Of a DNA stretch of 53,370 nucleotides, positions 34,439 through 44,531 are shown piece by piece. Source of the DNA: Eubacteriales bacterium (GTDB lineage: Bacteria; Bacillota; Clostridia; Oscillospirales; CAG-272); the NCBI GenBank assembly GCA_045133915.1, contig JBGUUX010000070.1, forward strand, positions 1 through 53,370, read 5' to 3'. The notes beneath the pieces were generated by a model. The model saw only the letters and a list, made by a program, of their open reading frames with translations. It had not been told where the DNA came from and ran no database searches. Positions within the stretch are counted from its first letter, which is position 1. Every line of letters starts with the position of its first letter. The position numbers and the translations under genes are program-made.

Positions 34439-37400
34439 TATGTTTATTACGTAGTAGTTATAGGATTCGTCGTCATACTGTACACAGAAAGTATATATAC
34501 CTGATTTGAGATCCTTTACGGCTATAACGCCGTCAACTATCTTGTCAGCCTTGAGCGCTTTTGAACCCTTAGCCGCCTTGATCTGGCTCGACGTTGTATA
34601 TTCCCCCATAGCGTATCTTATCATCACCATTCCGTCAAGCTCACCAAAGATAACTGTATTATCTTTCTGCTCAACGGTAGGAAGCTTCTTTGTTACGTTA
34701 TAGTGATATACCTTCTGATATCCGTTGTTATATTCAACGATTATTGTGACCATACCTTCTTCTCTGTACTGTATTGTATAAGGGTCTTTACCCTTGATTG
34801 CAGTCTTTGCAGAGAAATTACGTATAGTGTCGGTAGCCTTAAGCTCCTTAACAGTATTCCATTTGCCGTATGCGGTACGGATGACCTTTACGTCAGGGAG
34901 ATTGGATACAGTTACCTGCAAGCCGTTGACGGTAAATACAGGCTCGTCTACTACAAGAGTTTCGTGGAACACCTTATAACTGCCGTCATTGTATCTGATA
35001 AGCACAGTATGTACACCGGGCTCGTATACGGTATAGTTGTATTCGTGCTTGCCCTGTATCTTGTTTACACCGGCGCTGAATATATAACCGTTTTGCTTAA
35101 TCTCGGAATAACTGTTAAATTCACCCTTAGCAATAAAGAAGTCTTTTACATCATAGAGGTTATGTATTGTAATCTTAACACCGTAAGCTGAAACGTAGGG
35201 TGTGAAGTTAGTTACGTCCATAGCCTTCAGGAAGGTAGTTCCGTCAATCATTCTTACCCATACGGTATAGTAACCGCCGTTGGGAATGTTATATACAAAG
35301 TCAGAGCCAACTATTCGCTTTTCTATGAAAGACTTGTCAAGATTTACACAGTCGGCAGCGTTACGGATAGATGCTGCTGTTTCGTGTACACCGCTTGCAT
35401 ATCTGATATGGTCTATGTCAGATGCGTTTGTCATGGTAACGGTGTAGTTATCAACCGTGATCTCTGTGTTGAGTACGGGTATCTCGTAGATATCTCTGTT
35501 TGTGGCTGTAAGCACAAACTGAGAGAACTTGTCTACCTCGACTGTTACGGTATCCTCATTTGTGTCAAGATCGGCTATTACAGATACCTCACCCTTATGC
35601 TCGTGGAGGATAAAGTAGTGTTTGTAGCCACGGTGCGCTTCGGGAATATCAATTGTTATTCTCAGCTTACCCATAGCCGATGTCTCTTTTGAAATATCGG
35701 TAATATTGGAAGTAACGCCGTCGGTAGTCTTGGTAAGGGTTATATCATAGTACTTAAGTATAGTTTTGTTTTCAGCTGCATCAAGGATCTCCTGAGCAAC
35801 AAACTCGTCATAAGTATTGATACCGTCGTTATCTATTGTGGGAGCTTCTATCTCGTTTGCGGTAACTTCAAATGAGACGTCTTTGCTGTTGGCTATATCC
35901 TCGCTTGTTACGATAAGACCGTTCATGGAAAGGTCAAAACCGTCGGTAGAAGTAAAGCTACAACCGCAGAGAAGAGCACACATAGACTCAAGCTTTGTAA
36001 CGTACAGCTCTGACAGATAAAGTCTTTCAGACTCGGTAAGGGAGTCGTATATTGCCTTTTCACGGGAAACTCTTGCTCTGTAGGCTTCGGCTTCTGCCGA
36101 TGTGGAGCAGGTGGGAACCTCGTCAAAGAACGCCTTTTCAATATTTGTTATCTTAACGTTCTTTTCGATTTCGATAGTACTGTCACCGTATACCGCACCG
36201 TTAGATATGACCACTGTAGCATAGCCAACGCCACCGTCGTCGGTAGTTGCTCTTACGGTGAATATACCTTCACCAACGTAGCCAAAGTGGTACTTACCGT
36301 TGGAGAGGGTAGTCATTCTTGCACGCTCACGTCCGCTCTGATAGTAGAGTACAACCTCTGCTTCGGTAGTCTTGCCGTCACGGTATACTGTACCGCGGAT
36401 GTTAGACATATCGTTTTCGGCTTCCTGCATAGTCAGTGCACCGACGTTGGAGACACCTTCACCCGTAACCTCAACGATCGTATAGGTTCTAAGGTTATAT
36501 ATCTTGTTATAACCAAGGCCGCTGGGACGGTATTCGTTTGTAGTGCAGGAGAGTATATAGGTTCCTGCGGGTACACCCTCTATCGTAAAGCATCCGTTTT
36601 CGTCACTGTTAAGGGATGCTACGTTTCTACGGTCAGAGAGTCTTGCCAGACCTATCATAGCATAGGGTCTGAGCTTAACCGTAGTGTCTCTGTTTTCTAT
36701 GTATGTAAAACCTGTGATACTGCCGCAGGGCTGCTTTGTGCCCTCTACGTATATATCGGTCAGGTCACCGCCGGAAACGGTGATGTCCTTGAGCTCTGTA
36801 CCGAACTCATTTTCTATTTTGAGTATATAGTCGCCTGTGGGAATATTGTCAAAGCTGAAGCTGCCATCCTCGGGAACAACACTATCAATAATATTACCCT
36901 CGGTATCTGTTATCGTAACTTTGGTGACGTCATCGGATACGTTACCGCTGACAGTGAAGCCCTTGTTGAGAACAAGCGACGTATCGCCTGTAAGGATAAC
37001 GTCAAAGGCGTCGAGACGCTTTACATTTACCTTGGTAAAGTACTGACCCTCGGGGGCTTGTGCACGGATAGTGTAGCTTCCTACCTCGGCATAGGTGAGG
37101 ACGTATCTGCCGTCGGAACCGGTAATGACACTTTCCTTTACAACACCGTCGTTATAGAGGATGTCTACCTTTACTCCTACGGCAGGTGTACCGTCGGTAT
37201 ACTTAACGCTGCCTACGATGCTTGTACCGTAAGCAATATCGGGATTGCCTGTCTTACGCAGTACGAAGTGAAGCAGGTTATATGTACGGCACCACTCCAG
37301 AGACTCGGTATTGTCGTATACCAGCTTGATGGTGTTGGCAGAGAAGGCGTCGTCAGCAAGATAACGTATGCTTGCGGGGATAAGAACCATCTTGATAGAA

Positions 37401-40400
37401 TCACAATCTGCAAATACTCTGGTGCTTATCTGCTCGATGCCCTCGCCTATGGTAACCTTACTGATGCTTGTACCCTCAAAGGCGGAGTTAAAGAGGTTGT
37501 ATACACTTCCGGGGATATGTATCTCGGTTATAGAGCTACATCCGTAGAATGCCCTTTCGCCTATATGCTCAAGCCCCTCGGGAAGAACTACGCCTGTGAG
37601 CTTGAGACAGTTTGTGAAGGCATAGTTCTCTATGCGACGCAGACCATCGTGCATTATAGCGGTTTCCATCTTGTCGCATTTTACAAAGGCGTTCTGACCG
37701 ATACAGGTAACACCCTTGCCGAGGTCGATATATTTTAGGTTGCGACAGTAATAGAAGGTATTATCCTTTATCTCTGTAACTGTGTCGGGGATGACGATAG
37801 ACTCTATCTTTGAATTATAGAATGCGTTGTCACCAAGATAGGTGAGAGAGTCGGGCATATCTATCTCGGCAAACGCCGTAGCATAGAAGGCATATGAACC
37901 GATATATTCAACGCTGTCGGGAATGGTGATGCTTGTAAGGGAGCTACATCCTCTGAAGGAGTTATCTCCTATCTTGCGCACTCCGTCACTTAATATGACC
38001 GATTTAAGAGATTTTGCACCGTCAAATGTGCCTCTTATCTCAACCACGGGGGCATCTCCTATATAAGCGGGCACGGTGACCTCGGTAGCCACACCGTCAA
38101 ACCTAAAGGCAATAGCCTCACCGTTGTATATAAAGTAGGATATACCGTCAACAGTGACGATCTCGATGGCAGAGTCGGCGTTGCTTATAATGTACATATA
38201 GCCGTTATCCTCGGCAAAGCTTTGAGCGTAGCTGCCTTCCGCAACGATAAGGATAGCAGTGGCGGGAATAGCACTGGATGAAATTGTGGTAGTAGAGGCA
38301 GGAATCACTATAGTAGCAAGACTGCCACAGGAATTAAATGCATTAGAGCTTATTTGGTATACGCCTTCCTCGATTGTTACTTTTTCGAGAGAGTAACACT
38401 CTGCGAAAGCATAGTTATATATGTTACCAATGCTACCGGGGATCGTTACCTCTGTGAGAGAGGTGCAACGGTAGAATGCATAGCTGGTCATAAACACACC
38501 GTCGGGGTTTTCGGGAAGTCTTACCTCTTTAAGCAAGCTGCACTGTGAGAACGCATACTGACCTATAGATGTGATATTATCGCCTAAGTAGATAGACTCA
38601 AGGGCAGTACAACGGTTAAAGGTAGACATACCGATACTTGTAATACCTTCAGAGAGCTTTACACTCTTAAGGGCGGTACAGTTGGTGAATGCAGAGGTAC
38701 CTAAGGTGGTTACGGTATCAGGCATTTCAACACTTAAAAGTCCGTCGCAGCCGTAGAATGCCTCGGAGCCGATGTAGGTAAGTCCCTCGGGCAGCTCGAT
38801 GCCGGTGAGCCCGTCACAGTTATAGAAGGCATCGTCGCCTATATATTCGATGCTTGCAGACATCTTGATCTCACTTAAGTTATAACATCCCGAGAAGGTA
38901 GCGGCACCGATAGTAGTAACGCTGTCGGGAATTGTAACCTTCTTAAGAGAAGATGTGTTACTGAAGCATCCGCGAAGCTCGGTTACGGGGTAGCCGTTGA
39001 CCTCAGCGGGGATATTGAGCTCGGTCTGATTCTTTTCCGACTTGAATGCTATTGCATGATCCTCGATGATACAGTAAGTAACACCGTCGATTACGGGGAA
39101 CACGGGATCTGTGCCGTCATAAATAACGTATAGAAGTCCGTTATCTCTTGCAATCTTATGGGCATTGGAATCCTGATATACAAGAAGGAAGGTAGTGGAA
39201 GGGAAGCTTCCGTCATAGAAGTATCCGATATCCTTGGGCATACGTACCATCTCAAGCTTATCGCAATCACGGAACGCCTGATACATAACGCCGTCAACAC
39301 CTTCACCGAGGGTAACCTCGGCAAGCTCATAACAGCTGTCAAAGGCATTGTTGCCGACACCCTCGACCGTTCCGGGGATGGTTACGCTTTTAAGGCCCTT
39401 ACAGTAGCCGAAGCTGTAGTAGGTAAGATATTTAAGTCCCTCGGGTAAAACAACGTTTTCAAGGGCGTGACAAGCGTTAAAGGCATAGTTGTCGATCTGT
39501 TCGAGCTTAGGTGAGAAGATAAGCTCTGTCATAGCATCACATCTGGCGAATGCATAGTAGCCTACGTAGGTTACGTTAGCACCCATATATACAGACTTAA
39601 GCTTACGGCATTCCTGGAAGGTAGCGTACTTGATTTCGCTTACGTTGTCTGATATACGAACCGATGTTATTCCGGAATACTGGAACGCATAGGATTCTAT
39701 CTCTGTTACCGAGTCGGGGATATAGATATCAGCTTCTCCAATGCTTGCAAAAGCGTAAGATCCGATATAGGTTACGGTCTCGGGAATGTTTACCTCAGTA
39801 AGAGCGCTGCATCCGTAGAATGCTTCGTCCTCAATACGGCGAAGACCCTCGGGCAGAGTTACTTTGGTAAGAGTAGTTGCGTTCTTAAAGGCTCCGTGTA
39901 TTTCGGTTACGGGATAACCCTGTATCGTTGCGGGAACGGTAACCTCGCTTACAGAACCGTCAAAGCCGTTAAGATAAGCCTGACCGTTATAGAGGTAATA
40001 GGTAAGACAGCCCTCGGTTACTGTGATGGGGGTAGCGGAGGTGGTCATAAGCTCGTAGCTTAAAGAGTTCTCCATAGCGTAGATATGAGCCTCAGAGCCC
40101 TCGTCACACCATATCTTAAGGTCAGAGCACAGGGCAAATGCCTCGGGTGCTATAGCGGTAACACCCTCGTAGAGAACGATAGAGTTCATAGCATCACAGC
40201 TATAGAAGGCGCCCGCACCAATGGTGGTAAGCATATGGGTGGTTACGATACAAACAAGGTTATCTGCATCATAGAACGCTTCGTCACCTATCTCGGTGAC
40301 GGTAATAGGAAGGGCAACGCTGTTGATAACGTCGTTATCCTTAAATGCCCCTTCGGCAACCTTTGTAACCTTAAGACCTTCTATCTCCGAAGGCACGTAT

Positions 40401-40564
40401 ACATCGGTATCGTTACCGTTATACTTTGTTACAGCAATGCCGTCACCGTATGCTTCGTATTCCCATTCAGTTGCAGCCTCACTCTCTTCTGCGCTTACAG
40501 AAAAGGGAATACCGCATATTAAAAATGAAAACACTAAAATTAAAGACAATATTTTTTTAAACAT
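34436..40564 (-). CDS. giant secreted surface protein (2042 aa): three BspA-type leucine-rich-repeat modules, CarboxypepD_reg-like beta-sandwiches, and four C-terminal ~85-aa repeats
   Basis: ATG 40564 with GGAGAA (MFKKILSLILVFSFLICGIPFSVSAEE signal peptide). Dozens of repeats follow the pattern xVTxIGxxAFxxCxxLxxVxIP. There are three paralogous module heads (GYPVTEIHGAF, GYPVTELRGCF, DAPVVEIRGTF). No LPXTG, SLH or C-terminal TM. Confidence 0.85.
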   Translation of the reverse strand: MFKKILSLILVFSFLICGIPFSVSAEESEAATEWEYEAYGDGIAVTKYNGNDTDVYVPSEIEGLKVTKVAEGAFKDNDVINSVALPITVTEIGDEAFYDADNLVCIVTTHMLTTIGAGAFYSCDAMNSIVLYEGVTAIAPEAFALCSDLKIWCDEGSEAHIYAMENSLSYELMTTSATPITVTEGCLTYYLYNGQAYLNGFDGSVSEVTVPATIQGYPVTEIHGAFKNATTLTKVTLPEGLRRIEDEAFYGCSALTEVNIPETVTYIGSYAFASIGEADIYIPDSVTEIESYAFQYSGITSVRISDNVSEIKYATFQECRKLKSVYMGANVTYVGYYAFARCDAMTELIFSPKLEQIDNYAFNACHALENVVLPEGLKYLTYYSFGYCKGLKSVTIPGTVEGVGNNAFDSCYELAEVTLGEGVDGVMYQAFRDCDKLEMVRMPKDIGYFYDGSFPSTTFLLVYQDSNAHKIARDNGLLYVIYDGTDPVFPVIDGVTYCIIEDHAIAFKSEKNQTELNIPAEVNGYPVTELRGCFSNTSSLKKVTIPDSVTTIGAATFSGCYNLSEIKMSASIEYIGDDAFYNCDGLTGIELPEGLTYIGSEAFYGCDGLLSVEMPDTVTTLGTSAFTNCTALKSVKLSEGITSIGMSTFNRCTALESIYLGDNITSIGQYAFSQCSLLKEVRLPENPDGVFMTSYAFYRCTSLTEVTIPGSIGNIYNYAFAECYSLEKVTIEEGVYQISSNAFNSCGSLATIVIPASTTTISSSAIPATAILIVAEGSYAQSFAEDNGYMYIISNADSAIEIVTVDGISYFIYNGEAIAFRFDGVATEVTVPAYIGDAPVVEIRGTFDGAKSLKSVILSDGVRKIGDNSFRGCSSLTSITIPDSVEYIGSYAFYATAFAEIDMPDSLTYLGDNAFYNSKIESIVIPDTVTEIKDNTFYYCRNLKYIDLGKGVTCIGQNAFVKCDKMETAIMHDGLRRIENYAFTNCLKLTGVVLPEGLEHIGERAFYGCSSITEIHIPGSVYNLFNSAFEGTSISKVTIGEGIEQISTRVFADCDSIKMVLIPASIRYLADDAFSANTIKLVYDNTESLEWCRTYNLLHFVLRKTGNPDIAYGTSIVGSVKYTDGTPAVGVKVDILYNDGVVKESVITGSDGRYVLTYAEVGSYTIRAQAPEGQYFTKVNVKRLDAFDVILTGDTSLVLNKGFTVSGNVSDDVTKVTITDTEGNIIDSVVPEDGSFSFDNIPTGDYILKIENEFGTELKDITVSGGDLTDIYVEGTKQPCGSITGFTYIENRDTTVKLRPYAMIGLARLSDRRNVASLNSDENGCFTIEGVPAGTYILSCTTNEYRPSGLGYNKIYNLRTYTIVEVTGEGVSNVGALTMQEAENDMSNIRGTVYRDGKTTEAEVVLYYQSGRERARMTTLSNGKYHFGYVGEGIFTVRATTDDGGVGYATVVISNGAVYGDSTIEIEKNVKITNIEKAFFDEVPTCSTSAEAEAYRARVSREKAIYDSLTESERLYLSELYVTKLESMCALLCGCSFTSTDGFDLSMNGLIVTSEDIANSKDVSFEVTANEIEAPTIDNDGINTYDEFVAQEILDAAENKTILKYYDITLTKTTDGVTSNITDISKETSAMGKLRITIDIPEAHRGYKHYFILHEHKGEVSVIADLDTNEDTVTVEVDKFSQFVLTATNRDIYEIPVLNTEITVDNYTVTMTNASDIDHIRYASGVHETAASIRNAADCVNLDKSFIEKRIVGSDFVYNIPNGGYYTVWVRMIDGTTFLKAMDVTNFTPYVSAYGVKITIHNLYDVKDFFIAKGEFNSYSEIKQNGYIFSAGVNKIQGKHEYNYTVYEPGVHTVLIRYNDGSYKVFHETLVVDEPVFTVNGLQVTVSNLPDVKVIRTAYGKWNTVKELKATDTIRNFSAKTAIKGKDPYTIQYREEGMVTIIVEYNNGYQKVYHYNVTKKLPTVEQKDNTVIFGELDGMVMIRYAMGEYTTSSQIKAAKGSKALKADKIVDGVIAVKDLKSGIYTFCVQYDDESYNYYVINI

Positions 40565-40587
40565 ATATTCTCCTATAGTCACAAAGA

Positions 40588-40612
40588 GGCTTGATAAGAA
40601 TATTATCAAGCC
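40588..40612 (-). terminator. hairpin after valS (weak U-tract)
   Basis: The minus strand reads GGCTTGATA-ATATTCT-TATCAAGCC followed by TCTTTGTG. It lies 18 nt after the valS stop and 23 nt before the LRR gene ATG. Confidence 0.45.
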
Positions 40613-40630
40613 ACTTTACTGAAAGTCTAA

Positions 40631-43270
40631 TTACTTATTGATCTTTGCTATAGCTGCTTCAACGCCTGCGAGAACGTCCTTGTACTTAGCAAGCTTTGCC
40701 TTTTCGCCTTCCACAACTGCTGCGGGAGCCTTAGCCACAAAGCCTTCGTTGCCAAGCTTCTTCTCAAGTCTTTCTATCTCGCCGATGGTCTTTTCGCGTT
40801 CCTTTGTAAGACGCTCAAGCTCCTTTTCCATATCAAGAACCTCTGCAAGAGGAATAAATACGGTGCAGGAGGGAGTTACTATCTGAACTGCGTCAGTATC
40901 GGCATACTCGGAAACAACCTCAACCTCGGATGCGGAAGCCAGTCTCTGGAAGAATACAAAGGTATCCTCGTTGAATATGTCGGTACGGTCGGTAACGATA
41001 TAGTTCTTTGCCTTCTTTGAGGGAGGAACGTTCATTTCGTTACGGCGTACACGGATAGCCTTTATAGCCTCGATAAGAGCGTTCATCTTTTCCTCGTCTT
41101 CGGGGAAGTTCAGGCACTCACAAGCTGTGGGATACTCGGAAACCATGATAGAGTCGCCCTCGTGGGGAAGGGTCTGCCAGATCTCCTCTGTGATAAAGGG
41201 CATAAAGGGATGCAGAAGCTTAAGAGTGTTTGAAAGAACGTAGGAGATAACCTGCTGAGCGGACTTAGAGCCTGCGTTAAGTCTGGGCTTAAGAAGCTCG
41301 ATATACCAGTCGCAGAAGATATCCCAGATAAAGTCGTAGAGCTTGGAGAGTGCAACACCCAGCTCGTAGTTTTCGATGTTCTGGGTAACCTCACTTACAA
41401 GACGGTTGTAGAGAGAAAGGATCCACTTATCCTCGATCTGCATATCCTCTACAGCGGGAAGCTCAAGCTTTTCGATATCAAGATTCATAAGAACAAATCT
41501 TGCGGCATTCCATACCTTGTTGTTAAAGTTTCTTGCCGCTTCGATCTTCTCGGGGGAGTATCTCATATCGTTTCCGGGAGAGTTACCTGTTGCAAGAGCA
41601 AATCTCAGCGCGTCTGCGCCGTACTTCTCAATCTCTATAAGGGGATCGATACCGTTACCGAGGGACTTTGACATCTTACGTCCCTGAGCATCACGAACAA
41701 GACCGTGGATAAATACGTCGGGGAAAGGAATAGCGTCCTTTGTTTCCTTGCCTTCCATGGTATCAAGGGACATAAAGATCATCTTGGATACCCAGAAGGT
41801 GATGATATCGTATGCGGTAACGAGAACGTTTGTGGGATAGTAGTAGTTAAGCTCCTTTGTATCCTCGGGCCATCCGAGAGTAGAGAAGGGCCAAAGAGCA
41901 GAGGAGAACCAGGTATCAAGAACGTCGTCTTCCTGCTTGATGTTAGTGCTCTTACACTTAACGCACTCGTGTACGTCGGTCTCGCTCACCATAACCTCGC
42001 CGCAGTCCTTACAGTAGTATGCGGGGATACGGTGACCCCACCAGAGCTGACGGGAGATACACCAGTCGTGGATGTTTTCCATCCAGTAGAGATAGTTCTT
42101 GGAGAAACGGTCGGGAATATATCTGATGTTGCCTTCTTTAACTACCTTGATTGCAGGCTCAGCAAGGGGCTTCATCTTAACGAACCACTGCTTTGATGCA
42201 AGAGGCTCGATTACTGTTCCGCAACGGTAGCAGTGAGCTACGTTGTGGCTGTGCTTTTCGGTCTTTACAAGATAGCCTTCAGCTTCAAGGTCTGCAACAA
42301 GTGCCTTTCTTGCCTCGTAGCGATCCATACCCTTATACTTGCCACCTGCCTCGGTGATAGTACCGTCTTCGTCGATAGCAAATATCATAGGAAGGTCGTG
42401 GCGTGTACCAACCTCAAAGTCGTTGGGGTCGTGGCAGGGAGTGATCTTAACACAGCCTGTACCAAAATCCTTTTCAACGTACTCGTCGGCAATGATGGGT
42501 ATCTCACGGTCTGTCATAGGCAGCTTGAGCATCTTGCCGATAAGGTGGGTATATCTTTCGTCCTCGGGGTGAACTGCAACTGCGGTATCACCGAACATTG
42601 TCTCGGGACGGGTAGTAGCGATGGTAAGGTACTCGTCTGTACCAACGATGGGGTATCTGATATGCCAGAAGGAGCCTTCAAGATCCTTGTACTCAACCTC
42701 TGCATCAGAAAGCGCAGTGTTACAGTGAGGACACCAGTTTGTTATACGAAGTCCACGGTAGATAAGTCCCTTGTCGTAGAGACGAACGAAGGTCTTTTTA
42801 ACTGCAGCGGAGAGGGTATCGCTCATTGTAAAAGCTTCTCTTGTCCAGTCGCAGGAAGAACCAAGCTTCTTGAGCTGACCGATAATAGTACCGCCGTACT
42901 GCTCCTTCCACTGCCAAACAAGCTTAAGGAACTCCTCACGACCGATATCGTGGCGGGTAAGACCCTTTTCCTTACGGAGCACCTCTTCTACCTTGATCTG
43001 TGTTGCAATACCTGCATGGTCACAGCCGGGAACCCAAAGGGTAGAGTAGCCCTGCATACGCTTGGTACGGATAATGATATCCTGAAGGGTATTGTTGAGG
43101 GCGTGTCCCATGTGGAGCTGACCTGTAACGTTAGGCGGGGGAATAACTATAGAGAAGGGTTTCTTCTTTTCATCCATCTCGGGGGTAAAGTAGCCGTTAT
43201 CGCACCAGAACTGATATAAACGGTCCTCTATCTCCGCGGGAGAATATGTCTTGTTAAGTTCTTTTTTCAT
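40631..43270 (-). CDS. valS: valine--tRNA ligase
   Basis: 879 aa with HIGH ([12 protein letters not shown]), KMSKS, and a C-terminal coiled coil. Confidence 0.97.
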   Translation of the reverse strand: MKKELNKTYSPAEIEDRLYQFWCDNGYFTPEMDEKKKPFSIVIPPPNVTGQLHMGHALNNTLQDIIIRTKRMQGYSTLWVPGCDHAGIATQIKVEEVLRKEKGLTRHDIGREEFLKLVWQWKEQYGGTIIGQLKKLGSSCDWTREAFTMSDTLSAAVKKTFVRLYDKGLIYRGLRITNWCPHCNTALSDAEVEYKDLEGSFWHIRYPIVGTDEYLTIATTRPETMFGDTAVAVHPEDERYTHLIGKMLKLPMTDREIPIIADEYVEKDFGTGCVKITPCHDPNDFEVGTRHDLPMIFAIDEDGTITEAGGKYKGMDRYEARKALVADLEAEGYLVKTEKHSHNVAHCYRCGTVIEPLASKQWFVKMKPLAEPAIKVVKEGNIRYIPDRFSKNYLYWMENIHDWCISRQLWWGHRIPAYYCKDCGEVMVSETDVHECVKCKSTNIKQEDDVLDTWFSSALWPFSTLGWPEDTKELNYYYPTNVLVTAYDIITFWVSKMIFMSLDTMEGKETKDAIPFPDVFIHGLVRDAQGRKMSKSLGNGIDPLIEIEKYGADALRFALATGNSPGNDMRYSPEKIEAARNFNNKVWNAARFVLMNLDIEKLELPAVEDMQIEDKWILSLYNRLVSEVTQNIENYELGVALSKLYDFIWDIFCDWYIELLKPRLNAGSKSAQQVISYVLSNTLKLLHPFMPFITEEIWQTLPHEGDSIMVSEYPTACECLNFPEDEEKMNALIEAIKAIRVRRNEMNVPPSKKAKNYIVTDRTDIFNEDTFVFFQRLASASEVEVVSEYADTDAVQIVTPSCTVFIPLAEVLDMEKELERLTKEREKTIGEIERLEKKLGNEGFVAKAPAAVVEGEKAKLAKYKDVLAGVEAAIAKINK

Positions 43271-43304
43271 TGATATATCTCCTTAAATTGTTTATAAAAT
43301 AAAA

Positions 43305-43383
43305 GGGGCAAGTTGCCTCACCCAGACTGCGCTCGTAAGCTCGGCGTTTCAATTCACACCGAATGAAGCAATTTCATATGTAT
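43305..43383 (+). repeat. repeat element copy E4, inside the valS 5' UTR and inverted relative to the transcript
   Basis: GGGGCAAGTTGCCTC-ACCCAGACTGCGCTCGTAAGC...TTCAATTCACACCGAATGAAGCAATTTCATATGTAT, alignable with the copy at 31808-31894 read on the minus strand. Confidence 0.75.
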
Positions 43384-43385
43384 TT

Positions 43386-43595
43386 AAAAAAGCACCCTGA
43401 TGAAAACATCAGGGCGCCGTAAAACGCTGTACCACCTGAATTCACCCTATACGGGCGCACTCTTTCCTTGCTGTAACGGGCAGGACCCGTTGACTCATGG
43501 ACAACTTCTCAGGGGACATAACGGATGCTCGCAGCCAAGGCATCCTTCTCTGGAATTACATCTTGTCCCGATACTACTCCCAATCAACGCCAATA
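43386..43595 (-). promoter_or_regulatory. T-box riboswitch leader, valine specifier GUU
   Basis: Minus strand features: AGTA box (GGGAGTAGTA), AGAGA, the GGGACA/TGTCCC stem flanking the specifier loop CTGAGAA-GTT-G (codon at 43505-43503), the T-box AATTCAGGTGGTACAGCG, and the terminator GGCGCCCTGATG-TTTT-CATCAGGGTGC plus a U-run (43418-43386). Confidence 0.85.
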
Positions 43596-43601
43596 TATAA
43601 T

Positions 43602-43630
43602 ATAATATCATAATAAATATTTTTTGTCAA
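43602..43630 (-). promoter_or_regulatory. candidate valS promoter (TTGACA, 17 nt spacer, TATTAT)
   Basis: Reverse strand: -35 at 43630-43625 and -10 at 43607-43602. Confidence 0.55.
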
Positions 43631-43701
43631 GTTATAAGATTCATTGACTTTAAAGATAAATTATGTTAAAATTATATACAATATTTAAACAGGTGGTAAA
43701 T

Positions 43702-44526
43702 ATGGAATTGAAACAACAAATATTAAATACAGAGCTGCTTTCTTCTCAGGCGGCTGTTTGGTATCTCGGACAGGAATCTATGCTTGTCAAGGTAAAGGAT
43801 AAGTATCTGCTTTTTGACCCCTATCTTTCCGACTACGTTGACAGAGTATGTTCAAGTGAGGAGATAGTATGGAAGCGCCGTTATCCCGTTCCCGTAGAGC
43901 CCTCTGAGCTTGATTTTGTGGACTACGTATTTCTGTCCCACGACCACGAGGATCACTGCGATCCCGACACTCTTACCCCCTTTGCCGCAGTAAACAAAAA
44001 GGCAAAGTATTTTGCTCCGCCCAATGCTAAGGGGACTCTTAACCGTTGCGGTATAGATGATAAGGATATCTTCTACTGTCAGGGCGGCAAGGAGATAGTT
44101 TTTGACGGTATAAAGGTACTGCCTGTGCCTGCAGCCCATGAGGAGCTTCACTATGATGCCCACGGCAACTTCATGGAGCTTGGATATACAGTTGAGATAG
44201 GCGGTATACGCTTCTTCCATTCGGGAGATATGTGCCCTTACGCTGAGATAGATAACTATATCACCGACTGCAATGTAGCAATGATAGCCACCAACGGCAG
44301 AGATGCATACAGACTGGCTAACGGTATAGAGGGTAATTTCAATTCTTCAGAAGCTATAGATCTTGCGCTCAAGATGCATGCAGATATTCTTATTCCCATG
44401 CACTTTGATCTCTATGACGTCAATTCTGTTCCTATGGGTGAACTGTTTGACGTTATGGAAAAAGAAAACAAATTTATTCCCGCACATATCTTTATGCCCG
44501 GGGAGAGATATATCTATATGAGGTAA
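43702..44526 (+). CDS. MBL-fold metallo-hydrolase (UlaG-like)
   Basis: ATG 43702 follows AGGTGG. Contains LSHDHEDHCD (the HxHxDH motif) and later His/Asp ligands. Confidence 0.75.
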   Translation: MELKQQILNTELLSSQAAVWYLGQESMLVKVKDKYLLFDPYLSDYVDRVCSSEEIVWKRRYPVPVEPSELDFVDYVFLSHDHEDHCDPDTLTPFAAVNKKAKYFAPPNAKGTLNRCGIDDKDIFYCQGGKEIVFDGIKVLPVPAAHEELHYDAHGNFMELGYTVEIGGIRFFHSGDMCPYAEIDNYITDCNVAMIATNGRDAYRLANGIEGNFNSSEAIDLALKMHADILIPMHFDLYDVNSVPMGELFDVMEKENKFIPAHIFMPGERYIYMR

Positions 44527-44531
44527 CGACT

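Noticed and set aside
36287-37738. 483-aa ORF on the + strand
   Set aside because: It is in-register antisense to the giant LRR gene. It is a shadow ORF.
42233-43219. 328-aa ORF on the + strand
   Set aside because: It is in-register antisense to valS. It is a shadow ORF.
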